Below, in pieces: positions 20,834 through 30,621 of a stretch of DNA of 64,000 bases (position 1 is the stretch's first letter; every line of letters starts with the position of its first letter). Position numbers and translations under genes: made by a program. The notes under the pieces are model-generated. The model worked only from the letters and a program-made list of their open reading frames with translations, was not told where the DNA came from and searched no databases. The DNA comes from Candidatus Latescibacterota bacterium (GTDB lineage Bacteria; Latescibacterota; UBA2968; GCA-2709665), in contig CAXXJS010000040.1 of the NCBI GenBank assembly GCA_963662665.2, positions 320,001 to 384,000 on the forward strand. The letters run 5' to 3'.

Positions 20834-21731
20834 CGACTCCGGGATTTCCTATCGCGATCGAAGGTCCGGACGGACGATAACGGAGCCGCTGTCTTACGCT
20901 TTTTTTCAGCGCGTGTTCCACGCTTCTTTCGTCCTGGGGCTCTTCCACCTGCTGCTGAATAATTCGGTTTTCTGCCGGTTGTATGGCTGGATGCAGGCGC
21001 GCCCGGGAAGTGTCCGGAAGATTTCCCGCTTTGTCGGCAAATACGGCATTGACCTCGAAGAGATCGAATTTCCCCTGGATCGATACAGGAGTTTCAACGG
21101 GTTCTTCACCAGGCGGCTGAAACCCGATGCCAGGCCGTTTGCCCCGGAACCCGACACGTTCCCCTGTCCCGCGGACGGCAAGGTCCTTGTCTATCAGCAA
21201 CTCGAGGATGGCGCCCTGATCCCGGTAAAAGGGGCATCGGTTCCACTGCAACTCCTGCTGGATTCAGAGGACGAGGCGGGTACGTACCGCGACGGTTCGG
21301 CGCTGGTTGTGCGGCTCGCGCCATACGACTATCACCGTTTTCACTTTCCGGATTCGGGAAATGCCGGACCGGCGCGCGTGGTTGCCGGCCGTTACTACAT
21401 TGTGAATCCGTTGGGCCTTGCCCGGGTGCCCGGCGTATTCTGGCGGAACAAGCGCGCGATCACCAGTTTCGATTCAGACCGGTTCGGAAGGATCGCATAT
21501 CTGGAAATAGGCGGTTTTGCGGTTGGCAGCATCGTTGAGACGTACACGCCGGGCGCGGTCGACCGGGGTCAGGAGAAGGGTTATTTTCAGTTCGGCGGGT
21601 CCACGATTGTGCTGCTGTTCGAGCCGGGAACGGTTGTCTTTGACGACGACCTCACGGCAGACTCGGTGCGTGGAATTGAGGTGCACGTTCGGGCGGGCAG
21701 CGGGATCGGCAGGCGAATTCAGGATCAGTGA
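20826..21731 (+). CDS. psd: Phosphatidylserine decarboxylase proenzyme (PSD2/Asd type)
   Basis: SFNGFFTRRLK, PADG, RLAPYDYHRFHFP, GYFQFGGST autocleavage motif. Confidence 0.88.
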   Translation: MDNDSGISYRDRRSGRTITEPLSYAFFQRVFHASFVLGLFHLLLNNSVFCRLYGWMQARPGSVRKISRFVGKYGIDLEEIEFPLDRYRSFNGFFTRRLKPDARPFAPEPDTFPCPADGKVLVYQQLEDGALIPVKGASVPLQLLLDSEDEAGTYRDGSALVVRLAPYDYHRFHFPDSGNAGPARVVAGRYYIVNPLGLARVPGVFWRNKRAITSFDSDRFGRIAYLEIGGFAVGSIVETYTPGAVDRGQEKGYFQFGGSTIVLLFEPGTVVFDDDLTADSVRGIEVHVRAGSGIGRRIQDQ

Positions 21732-21746
21732 CGCGGATCGCGTCAG

Positions 21747-21860
21747 CCCTGAGCTTGCGGTCCCTGAGCCTGTCGAAGATCCGGCGAAGGGACGTCGACT
21801 TGCCCCTTAAGGATAGTGAAACGCGGGCAATTCGACATTTCTGCAAGCTCAGTGCAAGCA
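21747..21860. repeat. Nested/inverted REP-like cluster
   Basis: 21761-21778 is the exact reverse complement of 17643-17660. It sits inside a split outer copy (CCCTGAGCTTG...CGAAGGG) and is followed by a GTCGACTTGCCC/GGGCAATTCGAC hairpin. Confidence 0.65.
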
Positions 21861-21964
21861 GCGCAGGCAATGATCACGTTTCACCGAGACGGGATGAATC
21901 GGCGGGAGAATGGTGAGATATTTCCGGAACAGGACACCAGATCGGGGTGAGGCGCAATCCGGCC

Positions 21965-24025
21965 TCACCCCGTTTCTTCTTCCGGCCCCAGGCAGACGAA
22001 TTCCCGTGGATTCGCAAAGTTTTGATTGGTGGCATCGATCCACTGCTCCGTTCGAGCGGTGGTCGAGACACGTACTTCCTCGATTTCACCCTGAAACGGC
22101 GCTCCGCCGCCTGCGAGGCGCCCGACGGAGACCGGTGTATTGCCTGACTGAACATGACCGCTTGCTTCGGTGGAAGCCACGGCCGCACCGTCAATGTAGA
22201 GCGTTACCCGTTCACCGTCGTATACGCCCGCAAGGTGATGCCGGCCGGGAGCGAGCGTCCTGTTTGCGCGCACGCTTCGGGTGCCGTCTTCCGTGTCAAT
22301 GGTGAAGGTCGGTCCCGGCAGCGATGCGCAGAGGCCGCCGTTGTGACCGCATTCCGCGTATTTGAGTATGAACGAAGCGTCGTCCACCGTATCGTAGCGC
22401 AGCACCTTTCCGTGCGGTGTGTACTCGCGATCGTCGTTTTCATCGGGGTCTTCACGCCATGGTGCAAAATACACGTACCGGCCGTCGAACGCGCCCCCAT
22501 TGAATCCGCCGGGGTTCGGCGGATAGGTAAAGACGCCTCCGTCGGCGGCATCCCACGCGGCCTTGTCGGTAAAGTTCATGCAGGTGTTGTAACGCAGCAC
22601 GCGACAGTGGAAACCCCGTTGGGGCTCGTCGCCCTCGTAGAACGGGATGTAGTAGACGTACTGGCCGTCGAAGGCCGCGCCGTCGTAGCCCTTTGTGTGC
22701 AGGCCGGACGTTCCGGCTGCATCGTACGCTTCCCAGGCCTCGGGATCCTTGAAGTCCCCCCGAGTATCGTATCTGACGGCGTTGCTGTGTGCGTAAGGGA
22801 CGTAATAGACGTAGCGGCCGTCGAAAACGGCGCCCACGCACATCCCCATGCCATGAACGCTGGCATCCAGGGCCTGCCAGGCGGCCGGATCGTCAAACCC
22901 GACGCGGGTATCGTGGCGGAGCACAATTCCGCGTTCATTGAGTGGCGAGTAATAGACATAACGTCCGTCGAACGTCGCCCCGTCGTAGTTCTTCGAATCC
23001 AGTCCGTCGGTATTCCCGGCATCGAAAATCACATAACTGTCAGGATCCTTGAAGCCGCCCCGGGTATCGTAACGGAGGGCTTTCCCCGTTTCACCGGAAT
23101 CGCCCTCATATCCCGGCGAGAGGTAGATGTATCGACCGTCGTAGGCGGCGCTCTGGCAGGCCATGGTTCTCCCGACGTCGTACGCCTCCCAGCTGCCGGG
23201 ATCCCGGAATTCCCCGCGCCGGTCAAATCGCAGGATGCGGCTGTGCAGGGTCACGCCGTCGGTACGCGGGACAAAATAGATATGGTCCCCGGCGTGTACG
23301 ACGCCGTAATACCCTTTCGTGTTGAGGCCGTCCGTACACCCGGCGTCGTATCCCTGCCAGCTTTCAGGATCGTTGAACCCACCCCGTGAGTCGTATCGCA
23401 GAACCTGGCCGTGGCGCTCCTGTGAAGCATTGCATTGCGGCGCGAAGTAGACGTAGCGGCCGTCCGAGACTGCGCCGAAATAGCCCTTCGTGTCCAGGCC
23501 GTCGGTTTCCCCGGCATCGCAGGACTCGAACGCATCCATCGTGGATCGCAGCGACCACCTGGACACCAGCACCTGGAAGGCGTCCGTATTGACCTGGTCG
23601 CTTTGGACCCAGGCTTCAACGGTCAGGGATTCAACGCGGTCGAGCGGTTCGGACCGGATCGCGTCACCATTACATTGAACCAGCGCATAGTGCGAATCCC
23701 AGACCGGATCCGGGCATGAGACCGCGTCCGCTCCATAGCACAGGTATAGCGTCGTGTCCGCAGACAGCGAGGGAACCCTCACGCGTGCCCTCAGGGCGCC
23801 GTCTTCGGGGCAGTAGGACTCGATACGGTACGCCAGCGCGTCGCCTTCGCCGGACAGGAAGTGGATGTCGCTCCCGTCTTCCCTGAGAACATGGCCGCCC
23901 TTCCCGGTTGATTTCAGTCCGTCGTCCCGGATGACCACGAGAAGCGGAAAGTCCTGAAGATGCGGAACCTTCCCGTCAGGGTTGACGCTAAGTTGCCGGC
24001 GGATGGGTTTCCCGGCTGTTTCCAT
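21965..24025 (-). CDS. DUF2341-like domain plus LamG domain carrying a 7-repeat beta-propeller insert
   Basis: N-terminal DFPLLV..DGSDIHF..YRIESY..RVRVPSLS; seven FDGRYVYxxP...LRYD repeats; C-terminal HLAGVYDG..LYIDG..FQGEIEEVRVS. Confidence 0.75.
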   Translation of the reverse strand: METAGKPIRRQLSVNPDGKVPHLQDFPLLVVIRDDGLKSTGKGGHVLREDGSDIHFLSGEGDALAYRIESYCPEDGALRARVRVPSLSADTTLYLCYGADAVSCPDPVWDSHYALVQCNGDAIRSEPLDRVESLTVEAWVQSDQVNTDAFQVLVSRWSLRSTMDAFESCDAGETDGLDTKGYFGAVSDGRYVYFAPQCNASQERHGQVLRYDSRGGFNDPESWQGYDAGCTDGLNTKGYYGVVHAGDHIYFVPRTDGVTLHSRILRFDRRGEFRDPGSWEAYDVGRTMACQSAAYDGRYIYLSPGYEGDSGETGKALRYDTRGGFKDPDSYVIFDAGNTDGLDSKNYDGATFDGRYVYYSPLNERGIVLRHDTRVGFDDPAAWQALDASVHGMGMCVGAVFDGRYVYYVPYAHSNAVRYDTRGDFKDPEAWEAYDAAGTSGLHTKGYDGAAFDGQYVYYIPFYEGDEPQRGFHCRVLRYNTCMNFTDKAAWDAADGGVFTYPPNPGGFNGGAFDGRYVYFAPWREDPDENDDREYTPHGKVLRYDTVDDASFILKYAECGHNGGLCASLPGPTFTIDTEDGTRSVRANRTLAPGRHHLAGVYDGERVTLYIDGAAVASTEASGHVQSGNTPVSVGRLAGGGAPFQGEIEEVRVSTTARTEQWIDATNQNFANPREFVCLGPEEETG

Positions 24026-24048
24026 GGTATCCTCTCAGATAAGTGATA

Positions 24049-24077
24049 GTCGGGGCAGGTTCGAAACCTGCCCGTAC
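24049..24077. repeat. GTAG-type REP palindrome
   Basis: GTCGGGGCAGGTTCGAAACCTGCCCGTAC. Confidence 0.7.
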
Positions 24078-24107
24078 GGATTGGTCATCGACATGCGCTT
24101 CGTCCCA

Positions 24108-25199
24108 TCACGGCTCAAGCGTTACCTTGATTGAACGGTCACCCGTCGCGACGAGATCGATGCCTTCCTGGAATCTCTCGAGCGGCAGGCGATGGGTCAC
24201 GATACGATCCATTGGCAGGAAAACCTTTTGGATCATATCGATCGCAACGGGATAACATCCGGGCCCCAGGTGGGCGCCGTGGATGTTGAGTTCCTTGGTG
24301 TCGCCGATGATGGTCCAGTCCGTCGTCACCGGCTCGCGAAGCACGCTGAATTCGACAAACGTGCCGAGCTTGCAGATCAGGTGCAGACCCTGTTCCACGG
24401 CGGCCGGATGCCCGGTCGCTTCGATATAAACGTCGCAGCCATACCCGTCGGTAAGGTGGCGTACTTCCCGGATGGCGTCCGTCTTACCGGGATTGAAGAC
24501 CAGGTCCGCGCCACAGGCGCGCGCCACGTCCAGGCGGTCGTCGTTGAGGTCCAACGCAATTAACAGGCGGGGATTCTTGAGCCGGGCGGCTGCGACCATC
24601 CCCAGCCCCAGCGGTCCCGCGCCGGCGATGACCACGGTGTGGTCCAGTTCGATTTCGCCCCGCTGCACGGCGTGGATTGCGCACGCCAGCGGCTCGATGT
24701 ACACGGCCTGTTCGGGTGGAATGCGCGAGGGAACCTTATAGTTGAGGGCGTCGGCGGGAAAACGCATGTATTCGGCCATTGCGCCAAATGTGTTCTGCCG
24801 GAAGCCGTAGATGTCGTGCCGCATACACATCCAGTACTGCCCGCGCCGGCAGTAACGGCACGCGTGACAAGGGACGATCTGTTCCGAAATCGCCGTGTCC
24901 CCGATGGCGAGTCCGTATTTCTCGCCGGCGCCCGGTCCGAGAAGAACCACCTCGCCGATGAATTCATGGCCGGGGATTACAGGGGCCTGGCAGTATCCCT
25001 CGCGCTGTTCGTCTCCCCAGAAGAGCGGGGCGCCCAGATAACATTTGAGATCGCTGGCGCAGATACCGGCCGACTTGACTCGGACGACAACCTCCTCCGG
25101 TCCCGGACGCGGCACGGGGTGTCCTTCAAGGCGGTAGTCCCCGGGTCCGTGGCAGACAACCGCCGGCATGTTCGCCGGAAGTCCGGTATGCGGTGTCAA
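24108..25199 (-). CDS. Zn-dependent polyol dehydrogenase (erythritol/threitol dehydrogenase-like)
   Basis: GICASD, GHEF, CHACRYC..C structural Zn site, GAGPLG; TTG after AAAGGAG. Confidence 0.88.
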   Translation of the reverse strand: MTPHTGLPANMPAVVCHGPGDYRLEGHPVPRPGPEEVVVRVKSAGICASDLKCYLGAPLFWGDEQREGYCQAPVIPGHEFIGEVVLLGPGAGEKYGLAIGDTAISEQIVPCHACRYCRRGQYWMCMRHDIYGFRQNTFGAMAEYMRFPADALNYKVPSRIPPEQAVYIEPLACAIHAVQRGEIELDHTVVIAGAGPLGLGMVAAARLKNPRLLIALDLNDDRLDVARACGADLVFNPGKTDAIREVRHLTDGYGCDVYIEATGHPAAVEQGLHLICKLGTFVEFSVLREPVTTDWTIIGDTKELNIHGAHLGPGCYPVAIDMIQKVFLPMDRIVTHRLPLERFQEGIDLVATGDRSIKVTLEP

Positions 25200-25495
25200 T
25201 GCAACGCTCCTTTGACGCGTAGGATCGGTGGGCTCGCCCCTTTTCGGACAACGCTGAGTCGTCCCCGGGCCGGGAAGGAGACCGCGGGTTCCTCTACAAC
25301 ACCAGACGGTCGAATCCGTACTTTGGTGACAACCGCGCGCGTGCCGGAGACATCAAGATAGGACGAAACAAAACGGATGGCAACCGAATCGAATGGATCG
25401 GCCGCCAGGGTTTTTTCTTGTGTCCGACTTCCCAACCTGTATACATTGCGGGTGCCTATGTACGTAATTCCTGTTTCAACCGAGAGGAGTGATTG

Positions 25496-28400
25496 ATGGA
25501 CCGTCGTGATGCGATGTGGCTGCTGGTTTTCGTTGTACTGGGCGTGGGCGGGCTGGCGGTATTTCTGAATTTCTATACCGAGGCGATTCCGTCTGCGTCG
25601 CTGGATTTCAAGTTGAGCCGCGACGAAGTACACCGCAGGGCGCAGGGCTATCTGGAGGACCAGGGATACGATCTTGCTGACTACGAGAGCTCCCAGATAT
25701 TCTCAAGCAGCCAGATGCAGCAAGTTTTCCTGGAGCAGACGCTGGGTCTGGAGGAGACGAGCCGGCTGGCGAGGGAATGGCTCTCGGTCTGGTCCTGGAG
25801 CGTGCGGTGGTTCAAGCCGATGCAGAAGGAGGAACTTCGGGTGGGGCTTGATCCGGGCGGACGAATTGTCGGATTCTCCCACCGCATTCTCGAATCTGAC
25901 GAAGGCGCAAGCATTGCGCAGGACGACGCCCTGATCATTGCATCCGATTTCCTGAGGGATATACAGAGGTACGACCTTGACGCCTACGAGTTGATCGACC
26001 GGTCCAGCACGGAACGCAAGGCACGTGTCGATCACAGGTTCGCCTATCGGAAGAGAGATTTCACGGTGGGCGACGACGGCCACTACCGGCTGGACGTGGT
26101 GGTTCACGGGGACCGTGTCGGACAGTTCGGCGAGTACCTGAAAGTACCGGACAGTTTCTCCCGGAGTTACCGGGAGGTACGTTCAAGGGCGAATCTGTTG
26201 ACGCAGGTTTTTCTGCCGTTCTGGCTTGCGTTGGGCGTTGCCATGCTGGTGATTCTGGTGAAGAACTATCGCCGAAAGCGGTTGCACTGGCAGGCCGGGC
26301 TGATCGTCGGAACGCTCGTGGCCCTCGCGTGGCTTGCGGCAAACGTCAACGCCCTGCCACTTGCGCTGTATAATTTCGATACAACTGTTTCCTACGGCGC
26401 CTTTCTCGTGCAGCTTCTGTTCAGCGCGGTTCTGGTCGCGGCGCTTTACGGCGGAATCGTTTGCCTGGCCGGGACGGCTGGCGGGGTTCTGGAAAGGGAC
26501 GTGTTGTCTGAGGGACGCGTGAGCCGGCTGGGGCGCCTTTCGCTTGGAGGGTTGTTTTCTGCCGGATTCCTGCGGTCCACGGTTGTGGGTTACGGCGCCG
26601 CCGGGGCCGTTCTTGGATACGTCGCCGTGTTCTATCTGCTGGGCGGGCGGTATTTCGACGTCTGGGTGCCCGCGGACGTCAGCGAGTACGACAACGCGTT
26701 CAGCACGGCCATTCCCTGGATTTACCCGCTGCTGGTAGGATTGTCAGCCGCGGCGGTCGAGGAGTTTTTCTTCCGTCTGCTGGCGATCCCCCTGCTGATC
26801 AGATGGTTGAAACGACCGTGGCTGGCGGTGTTGCTGCCGGCGATCGTGTGGGCGTTCCTGCATTCGAACTATCCGCATGAGCCCATATACATACGTGGCA
26901 TCGAGATAACCGTCATCGGTATCGTCTTTGGCATCCTGTTCCTGCGTTTCGGGATCTGGGCGCCCATCATTGCCCACTATGCGATTAACGCCTTCATCGT
27001 GGCGTTGCCGATGGTGAAATCATCCAGCCTTTACTTCCAGGTGTCCGGTGTGCTCGTGATCGGAATCCTGCTGGTGCCGGCAATCCCCGCGGCGTTCGCG
27101 GTACTGACCGGAAGGGCCAGACCTCCGGAAGTCGACGACAACGTCGATGAGGAAGCGCCTGATGAACCGGCTGAAACGGAGGAACCGGCGCCCGCGCCGG
27201 TACGTTCGGACGTGATTCAGAAGGGACCCGATGCCTATATGCCGGATAAGAGGAGATGGATTGTCGCCGGCCTCTGCGCCGTTGCGGGAATCGCGTTGAT
27301 GGTCGGATTCCGCGCGGACCGGTTCGGCGCCCGTTCGCTGAAGCTTGAGGTGACTCGGCATCAGGCCGCAAGTATCGCGGAGACCTTCAGTACCGAACTT
27401 GGATTGGACGTGTCGGATTACCGCAGGTCGATCCAGTTTCGCAGCGGGGTCGGGTCCTCCCATTACACGCATCTGATCCGAAACGCGGGGGTCGCGCATG
27501 CGGATTCGCTGATGGTGGAGAACACATCGCCGTGGTACTGGCACGTGCGATGGTTCAAACCGATGGAGAAGGAGGAGATCCAGGTCCGCGTGGACGCGTC
27601 CGGGCGCGTCGCGGGATTCAACCACGTCATACCTGAGACACGTGCAGGACCCGCGCTGGAGACGGAAGACGCTCGCGCGAAGGCGGAGGCATTCGTGACG
27701 CAGAGATTCTCCCGGTCCGTTACGAATACGGCGCAATACAAGCTGTTGGAAGCCCGTTCAGAAAAAGAAAAAGACCGGATGGACCATCATTTCGTGTGGG
27801 AGCGGATCGACAGGAAGATCGAGGATGGCGAGTTCCGGCTGAACGTACGCGTGCAGGGCGACGAGGTGGGATTCTTCAGCACGCAATACAGAGCGCCGGA
27901 GGAATTCCTTCGATCGCTCAAACAACGGGGCGCAAGGCAGGAATTGGCCTCGATCATGCCGGTTCTCCTGTTGCTGGCGACATTCATATTGGCGGGGATC
28001 TATTTCTTCCGTCAATACCGGGCAGGGGAAATCCGCTGGAAGCTGCCGATCGTCATCGGCATTGCGGTTGTCTTATTGACCCTGTTGGACGGGATCAATT
28101 CCCTGCCGACCTTCTTCCACGGTTACGATACGAGCCAGGCGATGATGACCTATCTGGGCATCCAGGGCGTCGGCCTGCTGATCGGGACACCGGTGATGGG
28201 GCTCGCAATAGCGGCGATGTTTGCGCTGATGATGGCGATGAAAAGGTCGCTCTATCCGGAGGAGATGGGCGCCGGCAGATGGCTGGGACTCCTGCGGATG
28301 AGGGAAGGCGGCCTGCGTTTCTGGGCGGGCACGCTGGCTCTGGCGGCGGCGTTTCTGCTTCTTTGGAAGGGTACGGAAAGTTTCGCAATGTACGTGAAGT

Positions 28401-28906
28401 ACAACGGCCTGACGGAGTATCTGGAGGCGGGCGGATTCAACCTGCCGCGAGTCAATACCTATCTTCCCTTCTTCGACGCTGCGTGTGACGCGGCCCTGGA
28501 GTTGGTCAGTCCATTCGCCGTGTTGGCAATTCTGCTGGTATGGAAAACCGGCGTCAGGCGGCCCTGGTTGATTGTGGCCGGATTCGCTGTCGCCCTGTTG
28601 TCTGAGGATGCGATCGCGCCGGCCAGGAGTCTCTATCATTTCGCCGTTCTGGCCGGCCTGGAACTTTTCGCTCTCGGTGTTGTGGTTTTCCTCGTCGTCT
28701 GGCTGATCCGGTTCAATCTGATGGCCTATATTGTCGCCCTCTGGTCCAGCCAACTCATCCTGGACCCGGGAATCGCGTTCATTCAACGGACAACGGATTC
28801 CACCTATCAATGGAACGGCGTCGCAATGGTCGTGCTCGGCCTGGCGCCGCTGCTGTTCCTGCTGGCTGCCGGTCTGCGTGAGCGGCGAGCGCGGACGGAT
28901 GGATAA
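25496..28906 (+). CDS. Large CPBP (Abi/CAAX) intramembrane metalloprotease with internal duplication
   Basis: EEFFFR, WAFLH and AHYAIN motifs; duplicated extracytoplasmic module WxVRWFKPMxKEE. Confidence 0.82.
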   Translation: MDRRDAMWLLVFVVLGVGGLAVFLNFYTEAIPSASLDFKLSRDEVHRRAQGYLEDQGYDLADYESSQIFSSSQMQQVFLEQTLGLEETSRLAREWLSVWSWSVRWFKPMQKEELRVGLDPGGRIVGFSHRILESDEGASIAQDDALIIASDFLRDIQRYDLDAYELIDRSSTERKARVDHRFAYRKRDFTVGDDGHYRLDVVVHGDRVGQFGEYLKVPDSFSRSYREVRSRANLLTQVFLPFWLALGVAMLVILVKNYRRKRLHWQAGLIVGTLVALAWLAANVNALPLALYNFDTTVSYGAFLVQLLFSAVLVAALYGGIVCLAGTAGGVLERDVLSEGRVSRLGRLSLGGLFSAGFLRSTVVGYGAAGAVLGYVAVFYLLGGRYFDVWVPADVSEYDNAFSTAIPWIYPLLVGLSAAAVEEFFFRLLAIPLLIRWLKRPWLAVLLPAIVWAFLHSNYPHEPIYIRGIEITVIGIVFGILFLRFGIWAPIIAHYAINAFIVALPMVKSSSLYFQVSGVLVIGILLVPAIPAAFAVLTGRARPPEVDDNVDEEAPDEPAETEEPAPAPVRSDVIQKGPDAYMPDKRRWIVAGLCAVAGIALMVGFRADRFGARSLKLEVTRHQAASIAETFSTELGLDVSDYRRSIQFRSGVGSSHYTHLIRNAGVAHADSLMVENTSPWYWHVRWFKPMEKEEIQVRVDASGRVAGFNHVIPETRAGPALETEDARAKAEAFVTQRFSRSVTNTAQYKLLEARSEKEKDRMDHHFVWERIDRKIEDGEFRLNVRVQGDEVGFFSTQYRAPEEFLRSLKQRGARQELASIMPVLLLLATFILAGIYFFRQYRAGEIRWKLPIVIGIAVVLLTLLDGINSLPTFFHGYDTSQAMMTYLGIQGVGLLIGTPVMGLAIAAMFALMMAMKRSLYPEEMGAGRWLGLLRMREGGLRFWAGTLALAAAFLLLWKGTESFAMYVKYNGLTEYLEAGGFNLPRVNTYLPFFDAACDAALELVSPFAVLAILLVWKTGVRRPWLIVAGFAVALLSEDAIAPARSLYHFAVLAGLELFALGVVVFLVVWLIRFNLMAYIVALWSSQLILDPGIAFIQRTTDSTYQWNGVAMVVLGLAPLLFLLAAGLRERRARTDG

Positions 28907-28995
28907 CCTGCTGCCCGCTACGCCACGTTTTTCAATTCCGCTAACAGTCCGTTGATAAAGTCGCTCTGCAGGCGAGGCCGTCGGCTGAAATGACA

Positions 28996-29032
28996 ACCCC
29001 CCTCCGAAGGACAACGGAGGGGGGTATTTTTT
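28996..29032 (+). terminator. Rho-independent terminator
   Basis: Perfect 11-bp stem ACCCCCCTCCG/CGGAGGGGGGT, 8-nt loop, then ATTTTTT; between convergent genes. Confidence 0.75.
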
Positions 29033-29054
29033 GATTCTGTCCCATCCTGGAACG

Positions 29055-29138
29055 TCATGGCAGCGGCCGTTCCACCTCCACGCGCTTCCCGGTTTCTTCC
29101 GCCATTGTGATGGCGTCCGAGACGGCCACGGCGGTATG
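29055..29138 (-). pseudogene. Probable 3' remnant of a Gfo/Idh/MocA oxidoreductase
   Basis: Translates to HTAVAVSDAITMAEETGKRVEVERPLP*, resembling Gfo/Idh/MocA C-termini; no start codon or N-terminal part. Confidence 0.4.
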
Positions 29139-29204
29139 GTTCGGGGCCTTCAGACAACTGACGGATTGGATGCCGGTCCCGAAGACGTGGAAGAATGGCC
29201 TGCG

Positions 29205-29573
29205 CTACAATTCCAGCGCGTCGGCGGTGCGAATGACGAAATATTTCCTTACCGGCTGTATTACGTGCCAATGGGTCTTGAGCCCCGCTGGAAAGTGCAC
29301 GGTATCGCCCGGCCCCAGGGTGTAGCTGTCGCCGCCGTCTTCTTCAATGGCGACCCTTCCCTCGAAGACGTGCGCGAACTCGTCCCAACCAAAAGTCCAT
29401 TCGAACCTGCCTTCGCTGCATTGCCAGTAACCGCTTGACACCCGCTTGTCCGCGCTCTGGGTAACGATGGCGCCGCGGGCCGTTGGTTCGCCTTCATGAA
29501 TCCAGTCCGGGTCGATGGGCATGTCGGGCAGATGATCCGGCATTGCGACCGTGTTCATCTTTAATTCGCTCAT
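29205..29573 (-). CDS. Cupin domain protein (DUF861-like)
   Basis: SGYWQCSEG, EFAHVFEG, GPGDTVHFPAG, VRKYF. Confidence 0.85.
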   Translation of the reverse strand: MSELKMNTVAMPDHLPDMPIDPDWIHEGEPTARGAIVTQSADKRVSSGYWQCSEGRFEWTFGWDEFAHVFEGRVAIEEDGGDSYTLGPGDTVHFPAGLKTHWHVIQPVRKYFVIRTADALEL

Positions 29574-29603
29574 TGCACGCTCCTTTCCTCTATCGGAATT
29601 GAA

Positions 29604-30614
29604 TTACAACGCCAGGATTTCCTGCCAGCGGTCCGCTTCAACCGGGATTCCCAGCACCAGGTTCTCCTCCCGGGTCCTGAACATGCGCTCGCCGGGATAG
29701 GACACCGGGTCGCTCCCTTCCAGGGGCTGCGCGGCACGAAAGTCGGCGAGGGTCTGGTCCACGATTTCACGCATCCGGTCGCCGGCGACAGCGTCGGCGT
29801 GGATGGCGATAAAGACCTGTGAGACACCGTATTCGGCTTCCTCCTGAGCGATCTGGTACGTGGAACGCCCCCCGGACAGCAGTGAGGCAACCAGATCCAG
29901 CGACATTGCGAGGCCGATCCCCTTCCAGTAACCGATAGGCAGCGGGCGGCGGGCGGCCTGGATGGCGCCGGCGTCGTACGACAGGTTTCCGCTGTCGTCG
30001 AAACCCCCGGGGACCGGAAGGCGCCGGTTTGCAAGGCGGTACACGTCGAGTTTCCCGTGGGAGTACTGGCTCATCGCCATATCCAGCAGAAAATGACGGC
30101 CTCCCGGACGGGGTATGGAGACAACCAGGGGATTGTTGCCTACCTTGCGGTCGGCGGAACCGAACGGAGGAATAAGCTGGGTGGTATTGGTCCAGCAGAT
30201 ACCTATGCAGCCCACGTCGGCGGCCCTCAGACCGTATGTTCCGGCCCTCATCCAGTGGTTCGTGTTTCTCAGGGCCACGCAACCCATTCCCTGTTCCTTT
30301 GCGACTTCAACGGCGCGGTCCATGCTCGCGCAGGCGTTGAGGATACCGGGGCCCAGTTTTCCGTCCCACTGTTCCAGTACGCCGAACGCGGCCGATCTTT
30401 CGGGCTCGGCGTGGAGGTCCATGCCTTCGCCTGAACGGGCGTGCCTGATAAACGGCAGGAACCGGTTGACCCCGTGGGAATAGACGCCGTCGCGCGTGGT
30501 TTCAGTGAAGATTCTTGCAAGACGTTGGGCGCGTTCGGTCGTGAAGCCGGTTTTTAGCAGGGCGCGGCTCAGTTCCGCCACCATAATGTCGAAGTGGATC
30601 CGGTGCATTTCCAT
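29604..30614 (-). CDS. yiaK: 3-dehydro-L-gulonate 2-dehydrogenase (Ldh_2 family)
   Basis: DGVYSHGVNRF, LRNTNHWMR, GNNPL, DMAMSQYS, LPIGYWKG. Confidence 0.88.
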   Translation of the reverse strand: MEMHRIHFDIMVAELSRALLKTGFTTERAQRLARIFTETTRDGVYSHGVNRFLPFIRHARSGEGMDLHAEPERSAAFGVLEQWDGKLGPGILNACASMDRAVEVAKEQGMGCVALRNTNHWMRAGTYGLRAADVGCIGICWTNTTQLIPPFGSADRKVGNNPLVVSIPRPGGRHFLLDMAMSQYSHGKLDVYRLANRRLPVPGGFDDSGNLSYDAGAIQAARRPLPIGYWKGIGLAMSLDLVASLLSGGRSTYQIAQEEAEYGVSQVFIAIHADAVAGDRMREIVDQTLADFRAAQPLEGSDPVSYPGERMFRTREENLVLGIPVEADRWQEILAL

Positions 30615-30621
30615 CTTTCGT

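Noticed and set aside
22388-23521. Periodic DNA repeats resembling an array
   Set aside because: Degenerate protein-coding repeats, not CRISPR repeat-spacer units; no cas genes.
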